46,540 bases of DNA. Source: Octopus bimaculoides. Taxonomy: Eukaryota. This document shows, piece after piece, positions 11,866 to 23,790 of this stretch. The DNA lies in NCBI RefSeq assembly GCF_001194135.2, contig NC_068981.1, positions 125,232,667 through 125,279,206 of the forward strand, in the 5' to 3' direction. The first letter of the stretch is position 1. The number at the start of each line of letters is the position of its first letter. The notes beneath the pieces were generated by a model. It did no database searches. It had not been told where the DNA came from and worked only from the letters and a program-made list of their open reading frames with translations. A program made the position numbers and the translations under genes.

Positions 11866-12327
11866 AAATATTATTTACATATATTTATTCATTTTCCCAA
11901 CATGTAGTTAGAGATGCAGCAATAATTCTAGTGGCAGTGACAAGTTCGTTTGCTGGTTGGTAGTTGATAGTGTTGAAGATGTTGTCTGTCAGTAGAAAGA
12001 GAAAGAGTAAGGAATGCGTGATGCTGACTAGAAAGGAAGAAAGGATAAAGGTGACATCATCTTTCTTGCAGCCGAAAGCTTCTCTTTTGTGTCAGCTAAG
12101 ACCTAGGAGCAACACTTTCCCTTCGCCCAAGAAGAAAGATGATGCCACTTTTATCCTTTCTAGTCAGCTCCATGCATTCCTTACTCTTTCCCTTTCTACT
12201 GGCAGACTGTAACTTCTACACTATCAACTACCAACCAGAGAACGAACTTGTTGTCACTGCTACTACAGTTACTGCTGTATCTCTAACTACATGTCAGGCA
12301 AGTGAATAATATATGTAAATAATATTT
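11866..12327. mobile_element. Foldback/MITE with ~200-bp inverted arms
   Basis: 11866-12068 is the reverse complement of 12128-12327 at roughly 80-85% identity by eye (e.g. CATGTAGTTAGAGAT, GGTTGGTAGTTGATAGTG, GAAAGAGTAAGGAATGC). The spacer is ~60 bp, with a possible TA target duplication. Confidence 0.85.
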
Positions 12328-12869
12328 CTTCCTTCTTGGTGTTGATTCTTCAATGTTTACTGGTTGCTCTGACGCGAGAACCAAAAACAAGAAAAGCATG
12401 TAATATGCAACACAGGCAGTAAACAAAAGTGAAGTAGAACAGTGTGGTGACATTGAGTAGAGATGACCCAGAAGTTGTTGCTCTTTGATTACTATTGCAA
12501 ACAGCAGTAGCTTTCTTCAGCTGAATACACGTTGTTGATTGATTAAAATTACCCAAATATGACAACTTTAACATGAAATAACTTCTAAAATATGAAATTT
12601 TGTCAAAAATGTTGAAAGTAAACTGTGTTCAGCATGAGAAATTAAATCAGTATACGAAGTTTCAAACTGCTTAGTTAAAAAAAAATAATTTTAAAATCTG
12701 TGAGCGAAACTGAAGAGGTACTGTAAACCTCTCACTGTCATTTGGCATTTGTCGTGATGATTCTAACTGGGAAATATCATGGAAAACATATTGGAAATGA
12801 AAAGTCCTTATGTGTTTTCTATTAAATAGATTTTCTATTAAATAAAAAATCATCCAATTAATAAAATAT

Positions 12870-13170
12870 CAATTAACTTTGTAGGGGACTACCCAAGGAA
12901 CACCCCAGTAAATTTTTCTAACATTAGGCCCAATAGTTTCAGAGAAGATTGTTAAGTAATTTGTTCAAAGAATGGTAAACAGTTGCTGAATCAGCACAAG
13001 TTAAACAAACTACATAGAGGACCAAGACTGGTACTATAATAAAAATCTGGTCCCATTTGGGCCAACAGTTTGAGAGAAGTCATTTATAGAAAAAGTTGAT
13101 GAACAGACGATGGATAGGTCAGTAATAGATAAGCTCTGCTGACAAAAGGCCACAGAGGAGGAACACAGTC
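12870..13170 (+). mobile_element. Possible non-autonomous Helentron/Helitron-like remnant
   Basis: Two degenerate cores (GGCCCAATAGTTTCAGAGAAGA and GGGCCAACAGTTTGAGAGAAGT) followed by GACGATGGA...AAGCTCTGCTGAC. This recalls molluscan HINE-type repeats; recalled similarity only. Confidence 0.35.
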
Positions 13171-13719
13171 CAGGTTTTAAAGGAAACAGCTTGTTTTACC
13201 CTTTTTCAGTATGTTAAGGATACTTACATGTTTGATGGTACTCGTTTGAAATAATCGCATATTTTTGCATGTTTACAAGGAGGGTCCTTCCAAGTATACA
13301 TCCTGTTAAGTGTGATGTTGAGCAAATGGTTGCAATCCAAAACCTCTCTTCCTCACCCTACTATAAGGTGTGTGATCTCACAGGCATTCCCAGGCAGGCA
13401 GACAGTCATGTCTAAAAATAGCCTACAGCCAAATGGCCAAAATACTTGGGGTCAGGAAGTGTGAGAGAACATTCAATAAGTAGTCACTTTACATGCTTTA
13501 TCTACCACTGTGAAAGATCATTCATTATATTAGCCTAAAACTAAATTTACTATCTAAAGTCATTATTATTTATTGTCAACTCCTTGATAAAATCAAAATA
13601 ACACAAAAACAAATATTTTAACATCCCATAATTTTCAATACTAAGCTCACTTTTATCATCAGTTAAGGAAAATCAGAGGTGGCAACTGCCTCTTCTGCGT
13701 CAGCCTGGCTACAGCCCTG

Positions 13720-14500
13720 CAAGCATTTTAGAGAAAAGCACAAATACAAGTGATATTTGGATTTTCTGAATGTTACTATGATTTTTCTAATAACAAGGAT
13801 CTGTGATAGTGTTGATCTGTGTTTGTGAAAGTTGTTTTGACTCTGCTGCAGAATAGGATGAATACGAAAGGAAATTCTATTAAATAGCATACAGTTGTAG
13901 ATGTTGAAGACTAGCAGTAAAAGTGTAATTCCTTTGTAGCTCTGATGCAGGTAAGAATCACCATTCTTTGGTAGTGGAATAATTGAAGACTTTGAGGAGA
14001 CTGTTTATTTGTTTCCTTTAAAAACCTGATTACAGATTACTCACAAATATTTGTGAAAGAATGAACCCTTCCAGATGATGGCTGGAATATTCTCTGGACC
14101 TCGTAACTTGGTATTTCTGAACATTTTTGAGCCTCCACTATGGTTAATGAGCCAGGCCAGATCAACAGGCTATCTACTATTTTGTGGTTGAAGAAAGAAT
14201 CGTTGTCAAGTTTGGTGTTATTTCAAAGCTCTGACTTTATCAAAACACAGCGAAAAGTCTTGAAATTAGGTATCTAAGTTCTGGCTAGTGGTTTATCCAG
14301 AGTATAGATCACTGTGGAAGAGCTATTGTTACTAAGTTCCCTCAAAACTGTCCAGGCAGCAGTTTGCCAGCTTTCACTATTTTACAATTGGTAAACAATA
14401 ATTTTGTGGGTTATGGATTTCCAATGGGCCAGTCACTAGTTCACTGTATATCTGACAAAACAAATTTCTCAAGAGCTTTTGTTTGTAAAGCATCAATTTT
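13720..14500 (-). mobile_element. Degenerate RTE/RTE-X LINE reverse transcriptase fragment
   Basis: Minus frames KLRGPENIPAIIWK and IIPLPKNGDSYLHQSYKGITLLLLVFNIYNCMLFNRISFRIHPILQQSQNNFHKHRSTLSQILVIRKII correspond to RT domains 0-2 (IIPLPKKGD..NYRGITL...Q.GFR..RST..QI). Confidence 0.85.
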
Positions 14501-14809
14501 CCTGTTTTCTTGATTATATTTATATCTTTCGTTGATATACATCAACAAAAGATACATACATGTAAGTATGCATGCATGCACACACACACACACACATTAA
14601 GTATATCTACATATATGCTGTTTCTTTCAGGAATGTACTAAAAACACAACATTTCTATTTTTTATCAAATTCTTTTGTATGCTTTTGTATGAGTTTTTGA
14701 TGATGAAATCAAAAATTTTACTATTCCAGACAAACTACAAGGAACTGTATGAAAAAAAAAAAGGAAAAGAATTTCATACAAAAGAGAAAACAAATATACA
14801 TTCATATAT

Positions 14810-16074
14810 AAGGGTGTTCAGGTTAAATTTGACAGTTTGCATAAAAGGAAAAGAAAGCAGAATATCTCATCCTAAGATAAAAGTATTTTAAAAACTCAAA
14901 AAATATCAACTAGATCATGACTTGGAGAAAACAATTTACTTAAAGTAGTAGTCCTCAGCTTCCTCAAAATAACTCTGGAACCTGGCACATGTGTTCCTCA
15001 TTGTGTCGCTGGGAAGATCTCCAAACACCTCCATGATTTGGACCACCAGCTTGGCCTTGATATTACAGACAGACCAGTTGGTGTCTTTCTCAACTATGTC
15101 CCATGCATAGTAATTCATGGAATTACAACTGGGGGATTTAGAAGGTCAGAAATTTGGACCAGTGAAGTATAGAAATTCTCTGACAAACACTTCTGACTCT
15201 TTATGGAAGTATGGCAAAGAGCTGAATTCTTCTGCCACACATATGGCCTTCCTGCAGCAACCCTCTCCAGCCAGGGTTTGACCAGTCTCCAGTGGCTTCA
15301 CATAGCCATCTGAATTGAGCCCAAGGCCCTTTCCAAAGATGTGGGCCAGCATGACGTCATCCTCACTGGAGATACACCCAAAACCCATCACAGTTTGGGG
15401 GAATTTGGTTTTCATGCTATGTAGGACATCACATGGATTGTAGGCAAGTCACATGTTGTTCTGGGTGTTATGCAACTGATCCTGACAAAAGTTCTTTTCA
15501 TCTAAGAAGAATCTGATCACCCCTGGCTCAACAGGATGCATAAGCTTGTTCAGGAACTTCTCTGTCTTTGTCAAGCAGAGCTCCCTAACATCGACTGTCA
15601 GAACTTGTCTCTTGCAACTCTTGTATGATTGGTAATGAAGGTCCTCATTCCGAGCCAACTACATTGTGGTGATTCCAACACCTATCTCTCTCATCAAAGC
15701 CTGTATTCCTTTATTTGAATCTTCCATCACCTTGTCCTGCAGTTAGTTGTTGAGCGAATTCCAGCATGCTGACATAGTTAGAACACCTAATGTGTCCATT
15801 TCTATTAGCCACAGCTATCTATGCCACATCTTATAACCTTTACAGTGTTCATAGAGCATTGAACAGCAGTCATGATATTAGCATTTTGATACCTTGGATC
15901 ATCATGATACAGTTAACTCTTTTCTAGTATTCAGATGGCTTACAGTCATCTAACTTTTGCTCAACTACAATTTTAATTGTTATGCTCTCCAATGCTATTG
16001 ATTGTTCACTGATACATGAAGCTGATCTTCAAAAACAATGACAAAAAATTGTCAAATTTAGCCTGAGCACCCTG
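14810..16074 (-). mobile_element. Full-length DD37D (maT) Tc1/mariner element, defective
   Basis: TIRs AGGGTGTTCAGGTTAAATTTGACA at 14811 and TGTCAAATTTAGCCTGAGCACCCTG ending at 16074. Minus-strand ORF pieces read FFLDEKNF, KTKFPQTVMGFGCISSEDDVM, GRPYVWQKNSA and PSKSPSCNSMNYYAW, with spacing consistent with DD37D. Confidence 0.9.
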
Positions 16075-16149
16075 TGCGTGCACGCACACACACAATACAT
16101 ATAAATGTGTATGCAAATATATGTGTGTATTCATGTATGTATATAATAT

Positions 16150-16635
16150 ATATAGTGTAATTGTTGTTGTGTGGTTAAGAAGCTTGATCCCCAACCACAT
16201 AGTATCAGGTTCAGTCCCACAGTGTGATACTTTGGGAAAGTGAGTGTGTCTGTTTATACCCCACCACTCCTTGACAACCGCTATGCAGCTATATGGTTTT
16301 GGGTTCAGTCTAACAGTGCAGCACCTCCGGCAAGTGTCTTCTACTAAAGCGCTGGGACAACCAGTTCCTTGTGAGTGAATATAGTAGATGGAAACTTTGT
16401 GGAAGCCCATCGTACGTATGCATGTATATATGTATGTGTGTGTGAGTCTTTGTATTTATATTTGCCTCTCACCACTGATAGCTAGTGTTGGCTTGTTTAT
16501 GTCCCCATAGCTTAGCAGTTCTGTGAAAGAGGTCAATATAGTAAGTACCAAACTTAAAAATAAGTACTGAGGTCAACCTGTTTGACTAAACACTTCAAGG
16601 AAGTGCTGCAGTATGGCCACAGTCAAATGACTGAA
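16150..16635 (+). mobile_element. SINE family A, full-length copy
   Basis: GTGTGGTTAAGAAGCTTG...GGTTCAGTCCCAC head, central (TA/TG)n, and ...CAGTATGGCCACAGTCAAATGACTGAACCAAGTAAAAG tail. Confidence 0.9.
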
Positions 16636-16734
16636 CCAAGTAAAAGGTAAAAAGTATATGTGCGTGAGTATGTATGTGTGTATATGTGTGGGTATGTATA
16701 TGTATAAGAATATGAGTAGTTGGTCAAAATACAA

Positions 16735-17154
16735 TCTATATATAATTCTTTGCCTGTCTGTTCACTATGCATTCTCAAAAGGCTCAACCAAATCAAATCA
16801 AATTTTACAAAGTAATAGTATTACACCACACAAATGTCAACATATTTTTTTTTCTACTTTGATTAAAACAATATAACATTTTATAGAGATAATTTTTCTA
16901 TAGTCAACTATACTATAGGACATTTTATACCACGATGACAATGACGACGTCATATTTTGCATATAAGTGTGTGTGTGTGTGTGTTTCATGTTAGATATGT
17001 CATTAAACACACACACACATTTATACATACATATACATATGTGATGACTGACATGCATTCTTTGTGTCTGTCTGCCCTATGCATTCTCAAATGGCTTGAT
17101 GACAATGTCACATTTTGTACATGAGGTGTATGTTTGTAAGTGTATGAGTGTGTA

Positions 17155-17185
<31 letters not shown>

Positions 17186-17615
17186 CCACATTAGATACAT
17201 TATTAAACACACACACACACACATCTACACATACATATACATATGTAACAACTGAAACGAATGAATGTATGTTTGTGTGTGTCTCTAAAATTTTTTGTCT
17301 CTCTGTTACCTATGCATTCTTAAACAGCTCAACCAAATCAAATCAAATTTTACACTGCCCCCAAGTGTCAACATGTAATTTTTTTTATTTCGATTAAAAC
17401 AATATAACATTTTAGAGAGATAATCTTTTTATGGTCAACTATAGTACAGGACATTTTATACCACAACGATGATGATGTCACATTTTGTGTATGAGTGTAT
17501 GAGTGTGTTGATGACTGAAAAAAAACAATGAGGTGAAAAGCTATGTATGTCTGTGTGTGTCCGTCTTACTGTATGTGAGTGTTGTCACATTTTGTATATG
17601 AATGTCTATGTTTCT

Positions 17616-17649
<34 letters not shown>

Positions 17650-18128
17650 CTCAGTTTATGTTTCTCATTCTACAGCCACACCAGCAATCCAATGTCAACC
17701 CTTCACTTCTGCAACATTTCAACAGTTCACTTCCCCATTGTTGTTTCCCATTGTAGCCCATTTGTGGAATGTACCCATTTACGTACAATATTTCCATTAC
17801 ACCTACATTCATTTGACTGTTAACCATACGATGGGTTAAGTTAGATGAAGTGCCAACTGCTGCAAAGGAGAGTATATCCACTGACAGCATTGCGGTGCAT
17901 TCAAAAATCACTTACCTACCAATCCCAATTTTCCATGGCAGGTTAGGGCCTGGATTCCTCCAGATAGATGCCTGACATGTGACTTAGTCAAATTAGCCCG
18001 TCATTTACTCCACAAATGTTTTGTTGTCAATGCTTCATTTTCCTGTATCACCTGTTTCAACATAACTGTAATATATATATACAAACTATGCTATTTTGAT
18101 CCTGAGCAATGCCGGGTATCTCTGCTAA
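16735..18128 (+). mobile_element. Non-autonomous Helitron
   Basis: A|TCTATATATAATTC 5' end and a Helitron-type 5' motif CTATGCATTCTCAAAAGGCTCAACC. The 3' end has an imperfect hairpin (CCTGAGCAATGCCGGG) followed by CTAA|T (variant of CTAG). No TSD. Confidence 0.7.
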
Positions 18129-18344
18129 TTTATTATAAACAGTTAACTACAAAATAAATTACAGTAGTAACAATTGCTCAATATTAAGATAATTTCTTTT
18201 ACTAAATTGAAAAAAACGAAAACAAACCACTTAATGAAAGCTTTAAAAATAGTGAATGATTTCAAGTGAACAGCAATAAAGAATATTTAACATGAGATTT
18301 AAACACTTTTTCTTTTACAAATTTTGCTGAATGGCTAATTTTCC

Positions 18345-18470
18345 CAAATAATAATTTCTAATTTTGGCATAAAGCCAGCAAATTCAGGGGAGGAGAAAAG
18401 TTGATTACATCAACCCCACTGATCAACTGATACTTATCCTGTTGACCCCAAAAGGATGAAATTTTGCCCG
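18345..18470 (-). mobile_element. SINE family D fragment
   Basis: Reverse complement of TTTCATCCTTTTGGGGTCAACAGGATAAGTATCAGTTGATCAGTGGGGTTGATGTAATCAAC, homologous to 23560-23670. Confidence 0.7.
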
Positions 18471-18654
18471 TTGTGCAAATGATTATGCCAGATCGCTGCC
18501 TCATATAATAAAAGTTTTATTGCCATTTTCAAATATTAACTGAAAAACATCAAATTTCAAACCAACTGTAATAAAAGCCACAGAGGGATATTAACATAAA
18601 CTATACTGGTTTTTCAGACTCTAAACATCAACATAAAATGTGCACACAGATATC

Positions 18655-19030
18655 TTTTGCTTGTTTCAGTCACTGGGCTGCTGCCATGCTGGAGCACTGT
18701 CTTGAAGGGTTTAGTTGAACAAATTGAACCCAGTAGTTATTTTTGCAAAGCCAGGTACTTATTCTATCTGTCTCTTTAGCTGAACTGCAAAGTTATGAAG
18801 ACAGAAACAAACCAACACTGGTTGCCAAATGGTGGTAGTGGGGACAAACTCAAACACACATATATGTACATATTCACATATGCAATGGGATTCTTTTAGT
18901 TTCCATCAACCAAATCCATTCACAAGGCTTTGGTTGACCTGAGGCTGTAGTAGAAGATACTTGCTCAAGATGTCACACAGTGGGACTGAACCCAAAAACC
19001 ATGTGGTTGAGAAACAGACTTCTTACCATG
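18655..19030 (-). mobile_element. SINE family A, full-length copy
   Basis: Reverse complement of the family A head and tail motifs. Confidence 0.88.
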
Positions 19031-20842
19031 AATTAAAAGAAAACGATGATAATTTTTTTATAAGGGATGACTACATAACCTTCCCTACTTTAACCTAAAT
19101 TCCATATGCTGAATATTTGTGCTAAATTGATTAACTGTTGACTCAAACAATGGTTACTTAGATGTATTGTTTTCCATTCAACTATTTTCAATAAATTTAC
19201 ACAAAACCATGAACATGTATGTGTGTGTGTCATATATATATATATATATATATATTTCTATATATATATGTATGAGTCTGCATGTATTTACAGACACATT
19301 CACACATAGACATATGCACACATACATGTGTGTGTGTGTGAAAATATATATAAACTATATTTTATGCACAACACCATGTTGTAAAGCAGAAAACTGTAAT
19401 CAATCCAAAAGAAGCCTCACTATGGGTGAATTAAGAATGTAAATACTACTGCTCTATTTCAACCTTTGCTTTTTCTATTTCTTTTGTTTTGCTTCACACT
19501 CTCCACCCCCACCTTTTTTAACTCTTACTCCCATCTTTTGTTCTTACTTGATTCTTTTTTTTGTCTCCTCTTTTCTCCTCTCTTAACTATTAATCAGACC
19601 ATTCAAATCCAAGAGACCCCAGCAAACGTTGTCTCCAACTGTTAGCTAATTCAAATAAATCCACTCAATCTATGTAAATTTAAAGCAAATTCTAGGTATG
19701 GATATTCAGTCACTAGAGGAATAGGTATAAGAAACTTTGAGTAGTGACTCACACAGACATTATCTTATGCATTTGGTTTTACATGTTTGCACTTTTATCA
19801 CTTCAAAGTATTCTCCATTTGAAGTAATGAATTGGTCCAGACACATTTTTCACTGCGAAGTGATTCCTTACTGCTACCTCACTCACATCCTTAACATCCT
19901 CTCATCTCCTTGTAATTTATTGCTCTATCATTCATGCTACCCATATGATGATGGGCAGTACTTACGTGTCTTCAGTCCCCATCTACTTTTGTCATTATCA
20001 CTCTGCATCTTGCTTAAGCGAAGGCTCCTGTATAAGAATTGCACCACATCTGTGCCCAATATATTCTACCTTAACACTTTCTGGACTGCCAGTCATCACT
20101 CACTCTCTCTTGGCCAATTGTTATTGCTACCAATCACCTACTCTTCCTATTAGAAACCCTTTTTTCTTAGCTAAATCTTGCATCCTTCATTTACTCATCT
20201 TGGTTCTTCACTCATTAATGTTTTCTATCCACCTTCTCAGTTATACTACTTTGAGAAATAAGGACTCTTTATTCTTAAGGTGCATAAAGACATCCCCACT
20301 TGCGCTGGTGCCATGATAAAATGCACCCAGTATACTCCGTAAAGTGGCTTGCAGATAAGTGACAAAAGTCATAAGTTTGAGAGGACACTTTAGTCTGGTC
20401 TTATCAAGGACATGACAAACTCACTAGTTCTTGTCTCATGATGAAATGCCCCCAGTACACTCTGTAAAGTGGTTGGTGATAAGAAGGACAATTGGCCATA
20501 GAAACCAAGTCACTAATGAAACAGAAATAAAATGTATAGTGACCCCCAGCTCCCAATAATAACAAACCGAGATCGTGATGACTTGTTCAACATATGGAAA
20601 GCAAACACAAACTGATAATAATGATGTATGTGTGACAGTGCGTGTATTGAATATACAAACGCACATATATATGCCTGTGTGTGTCAATATCTATACACAC
20701 ACACACACATATATATATACACACATACACATACACGCACACATATGTGAATACATGAATATATGTATAATTCTTTTATTCTTTTACTTATTTCAGTCAT
20801 TTGACTGCAGCCATCCCATATATATATATATGCACACATGCA

Positions 20843-20922
<80 letters not shown>

Positions 20923-21367
20923 CACATAAATATATGTATAATAAATATACATGGTACACACACATACACACACACATATTTATACACTCATATACATACA
21001 TGTGTATAAATGTGTGCACACGCATGAGCACTTATAAATATCATAGTGTTTAATTAAGATATTAAGAATTCCACCCAGAGATTCTTTGAATGGCACTATT
21101 ACTAGAGGAGGAATAAAAAAGTCTCCTGCTATCAACTCTATCAACTGGCCAGCTCTAACTAACTAAATACTACTACTACTGCTGCCATTGTAACTACATC
21201 AACCTATGAGGCAGCAAGTAACTTTATACCAGTCAACACAGAAATGAGATAGCACAACAAACAAAAACAAAACAAATGAAGCACTGAACACTGCATACAT
21301 CAATCTCCCTCCCTTTACACAAACACATGTGTGTATGTGTGTATGTGTGTGTGTATGCATATATGTA

Positions 21368-21409
<42 letters not shown>

Positions 21410-21972
21410 CACGACACCACACACACATGTACCTGTATACAACAAAAGCTACAAGAAAGTGAACTACATTCTAACTACTTATAGTCTGACATTGATTTGT
21501 TATTTGGAGTAGTAAACCCACTATTCCAAAACAGAAACAAGTAGAATCAGTCAATATATATCTCACGCTATCATTGTGCACACGTGTTTAACTTTTATTC
21601 ATATATAATATCTTTCTGTTTATTTATCTATCAATATATATATGTGTTTGTGATATATATACATATACAAAATATATTTATGTAATATATAATTATAGAG
21701 ATGGAAACATGTATCACTAACTTACTAGAATATTGTTCCATACTACTGCTTATGATATAAAGAATTAAACAGCATTTACAAAAATTCTAAAGTGTGAAAT
21801 TTTCGTTTACTCTATAACATTTGGATTTATATATTGTTGGTAATTCTTGGAAGTTTGGTAAGTTTTCTACTTAATTATTCACTTTTTTATTTTTATCTTT
21901 TGAGATTTCAAGGAGTAAGAAAAAAATGCATAATCTTTTTGTGATACTGATTTGTTACTAAGATACAAAAGT

Positions 21973-22021
<49 letters not shown>

Positions 22022-22299
22022 TCATACATACATATTGCCCTATGCATATATATGGGGAAATGGGAATGATATTGTGTACTGATGACACCTCTTTTTTGTG
22101 TATTTTTTAAAATATTTTAACCAGGAGGATTAGAAAATCTATTGGACCTCCATGGGTCCTCTGAAATTTATAATGGTCTAAGCATCTGTTCTTTGTCTCT
22201 GAAACCCATGGTCCACTACATTTTTGAAAAGTCAAGCAGAGGTGTGAAATGCTTACATAGCCACTATGATTTCTTACCACTTGGTAGTTAGTTTTAGAC

Positions 22300-22560
22300 C
22301 ACCTCATGGTCCCACAGATGAAATGGAAAAGGCGTTGCCTTGGAGGATGGCAAGGGAAATGTGCTGAAATTGGTCAGCAAGGAAGGGAATTCTAGATAGA
22401 TAAGTTCTAAAGAGGAAGACTGACCAGTACTTAATGTGAGTATGTGTAAGAGAGGGGACCAGAATATAGGTGACAAGAGAAGAACATACAACAAATGTGT
22501 TAGATGAGAATGGGTGGGCATTGTAGTTCAGTGAAATAAAGAATCTTGTAAAAGTGATAG
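22300..22560 (-). mobile_element. Possible CRE/R2-group non-LTR retrotransposon C-terminal (RLE) remnant
   Basis: HPFSSNTFVV...FQHISLAILQGNAFSI resembles the F.PFAVET.G...FQRISLAIQRGNAASI end of restriction-like endonuclease domains. Heavily decayed. Confidence 0.4.
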
Positions 22561-22870
22561 AACAGGCAGGGTGAGGGGGCAAGAGATCTTTGAGCCAGAG
22601 GTTGTAATGCGTTAGTGAGTGAACCACTTGAATACGCTTCTAAACCAGGAATCAAAAGTTGGCTTATTCACTCATCTTGACAAAAATGTATGTGGCTATT
22701 GGGATTTATAAATAAATATTTGCAATTAAAACATTTTTATGCAAAAGCATCAAATAATCAGTTTTCAAAAACTAATTTTCTTTCATAAGTAATGTAGATT
22801 ATTCAGATTTGCTATTAGTTTTTGTAGTTGTCGAATAATAGTACTCCTAAAATAATATGTCTCTCAAATA

Positions 22871-22907
<37 letters not shown>

Positions 22908-22924
22908 CACACATATGTACATAC

Positions 22925-23170
22925 ATGCATACATATATACATGCCTGAAGGTACATGGCCTAGTGGTTAGGGTGTTGCAATAAAAATCATAAGATATCAA
23001 GGTTTCAATTCTCAGATGTAAATGGCTAACTCTGTGATGGACTGGGGTTCATTCAGGGAGAGTATTGGTCTGCTGACCTAGCCAGTGAGGATGACATCAT
23101 TCAAAAGTGACAACAATACAAGAAAGCATACTGTGATCATCAGTGTATAACAACATCCAATACTGGGCGA
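22925..23170 (+). mobile_element. tRNA-derived SINE family B-like, degraded
   Basis: GAAGGTACATGGCCTAGTGGTTAGGGTGTTG...GGTTTCAATTCTC head. Confidence 0.65.
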
Positions 23171-23177
23171 TACAATG

Positions 23178-23210
<33 letters not shown>

Positions 23211-23214
23211 TACA

Positions 23215-23248
<34 letters not shown>

Positions 23249-23454
23249 CAGACACACACTAGCCCTTCATTCATAATTCTTATACAAAATGGGATTTCAA
23301 TATAAATTGGAAAATGAAGAATTATATAAAAAAATTTAGTTTTATTGATAAATTGGCAATATTGTTTAATGTTCTGAATATCTTGGGGCAGTTTTTCACT
23401 TTAAATATGTATGAATTAGAACTTTTGATTTCTAATCTCAATATTTTATGAGCA

Positions 23455-23790
23455 CCTGAAGGCAGCGATTGGGTAGAATTGTTAGCACACAGGGAAAAAT
23501 GCTTAGCAGTATTTTGTCCATCTTTATGATCTGAGTTTAAATGCCACCAGGGTCGACTCTGTCTTTCATCATTTTGGGGTTGATAAAATAAGAACCAGTT
23601 GAGCACTGGGGGGGTCAATCTAATTGGCTTAGCCCACCCCTGACATTGCTGGCTTTGAGCCAAAATTTTAAGCCGATATTTTACTAGCACCTAAGACGGT
23701 GATCTGGCAGTATTGTTAGCACACCAGGCAAAATGCTTAGCAACACTTCCATGTGCCATGTGCCAAAAATTTGAAACCAATAGTTTAGTA
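23455..23790 (+). mobile_element. SINE family D: one copy plus an adjacent internally deleted copy
   Basis: GGCAGCGATTGGGTAGAATTGTTAGCACACAGGGAAAAATGCTTAGC at 23461 and GGTGATCTGGCAGTATTGTTAGCACACCAGGCAAAATGCTTAGC at about 23698. Both end in ...TGCCAAAA(A)TTT(G/A)A. Confidence 0.8.

Noticed and set aside
19966-20027. Candidate 62-bp minus-strand exon (TATACAG...GTAAGT) with one open frame SLRLSKMQSDNDKSRWGLKT
   Set aside because: No recognisable homology and no compatible neighbouring exons. It lies in a purine-skewed tract that looks like a decayed retroelement. Spliced RNA-seq reads would be needed.
20575-21512. Multiple 60-144 aa ORFs rich in Y/I/H/T/C/V
   Set aside because: Dinucleotide microsatellite translations.
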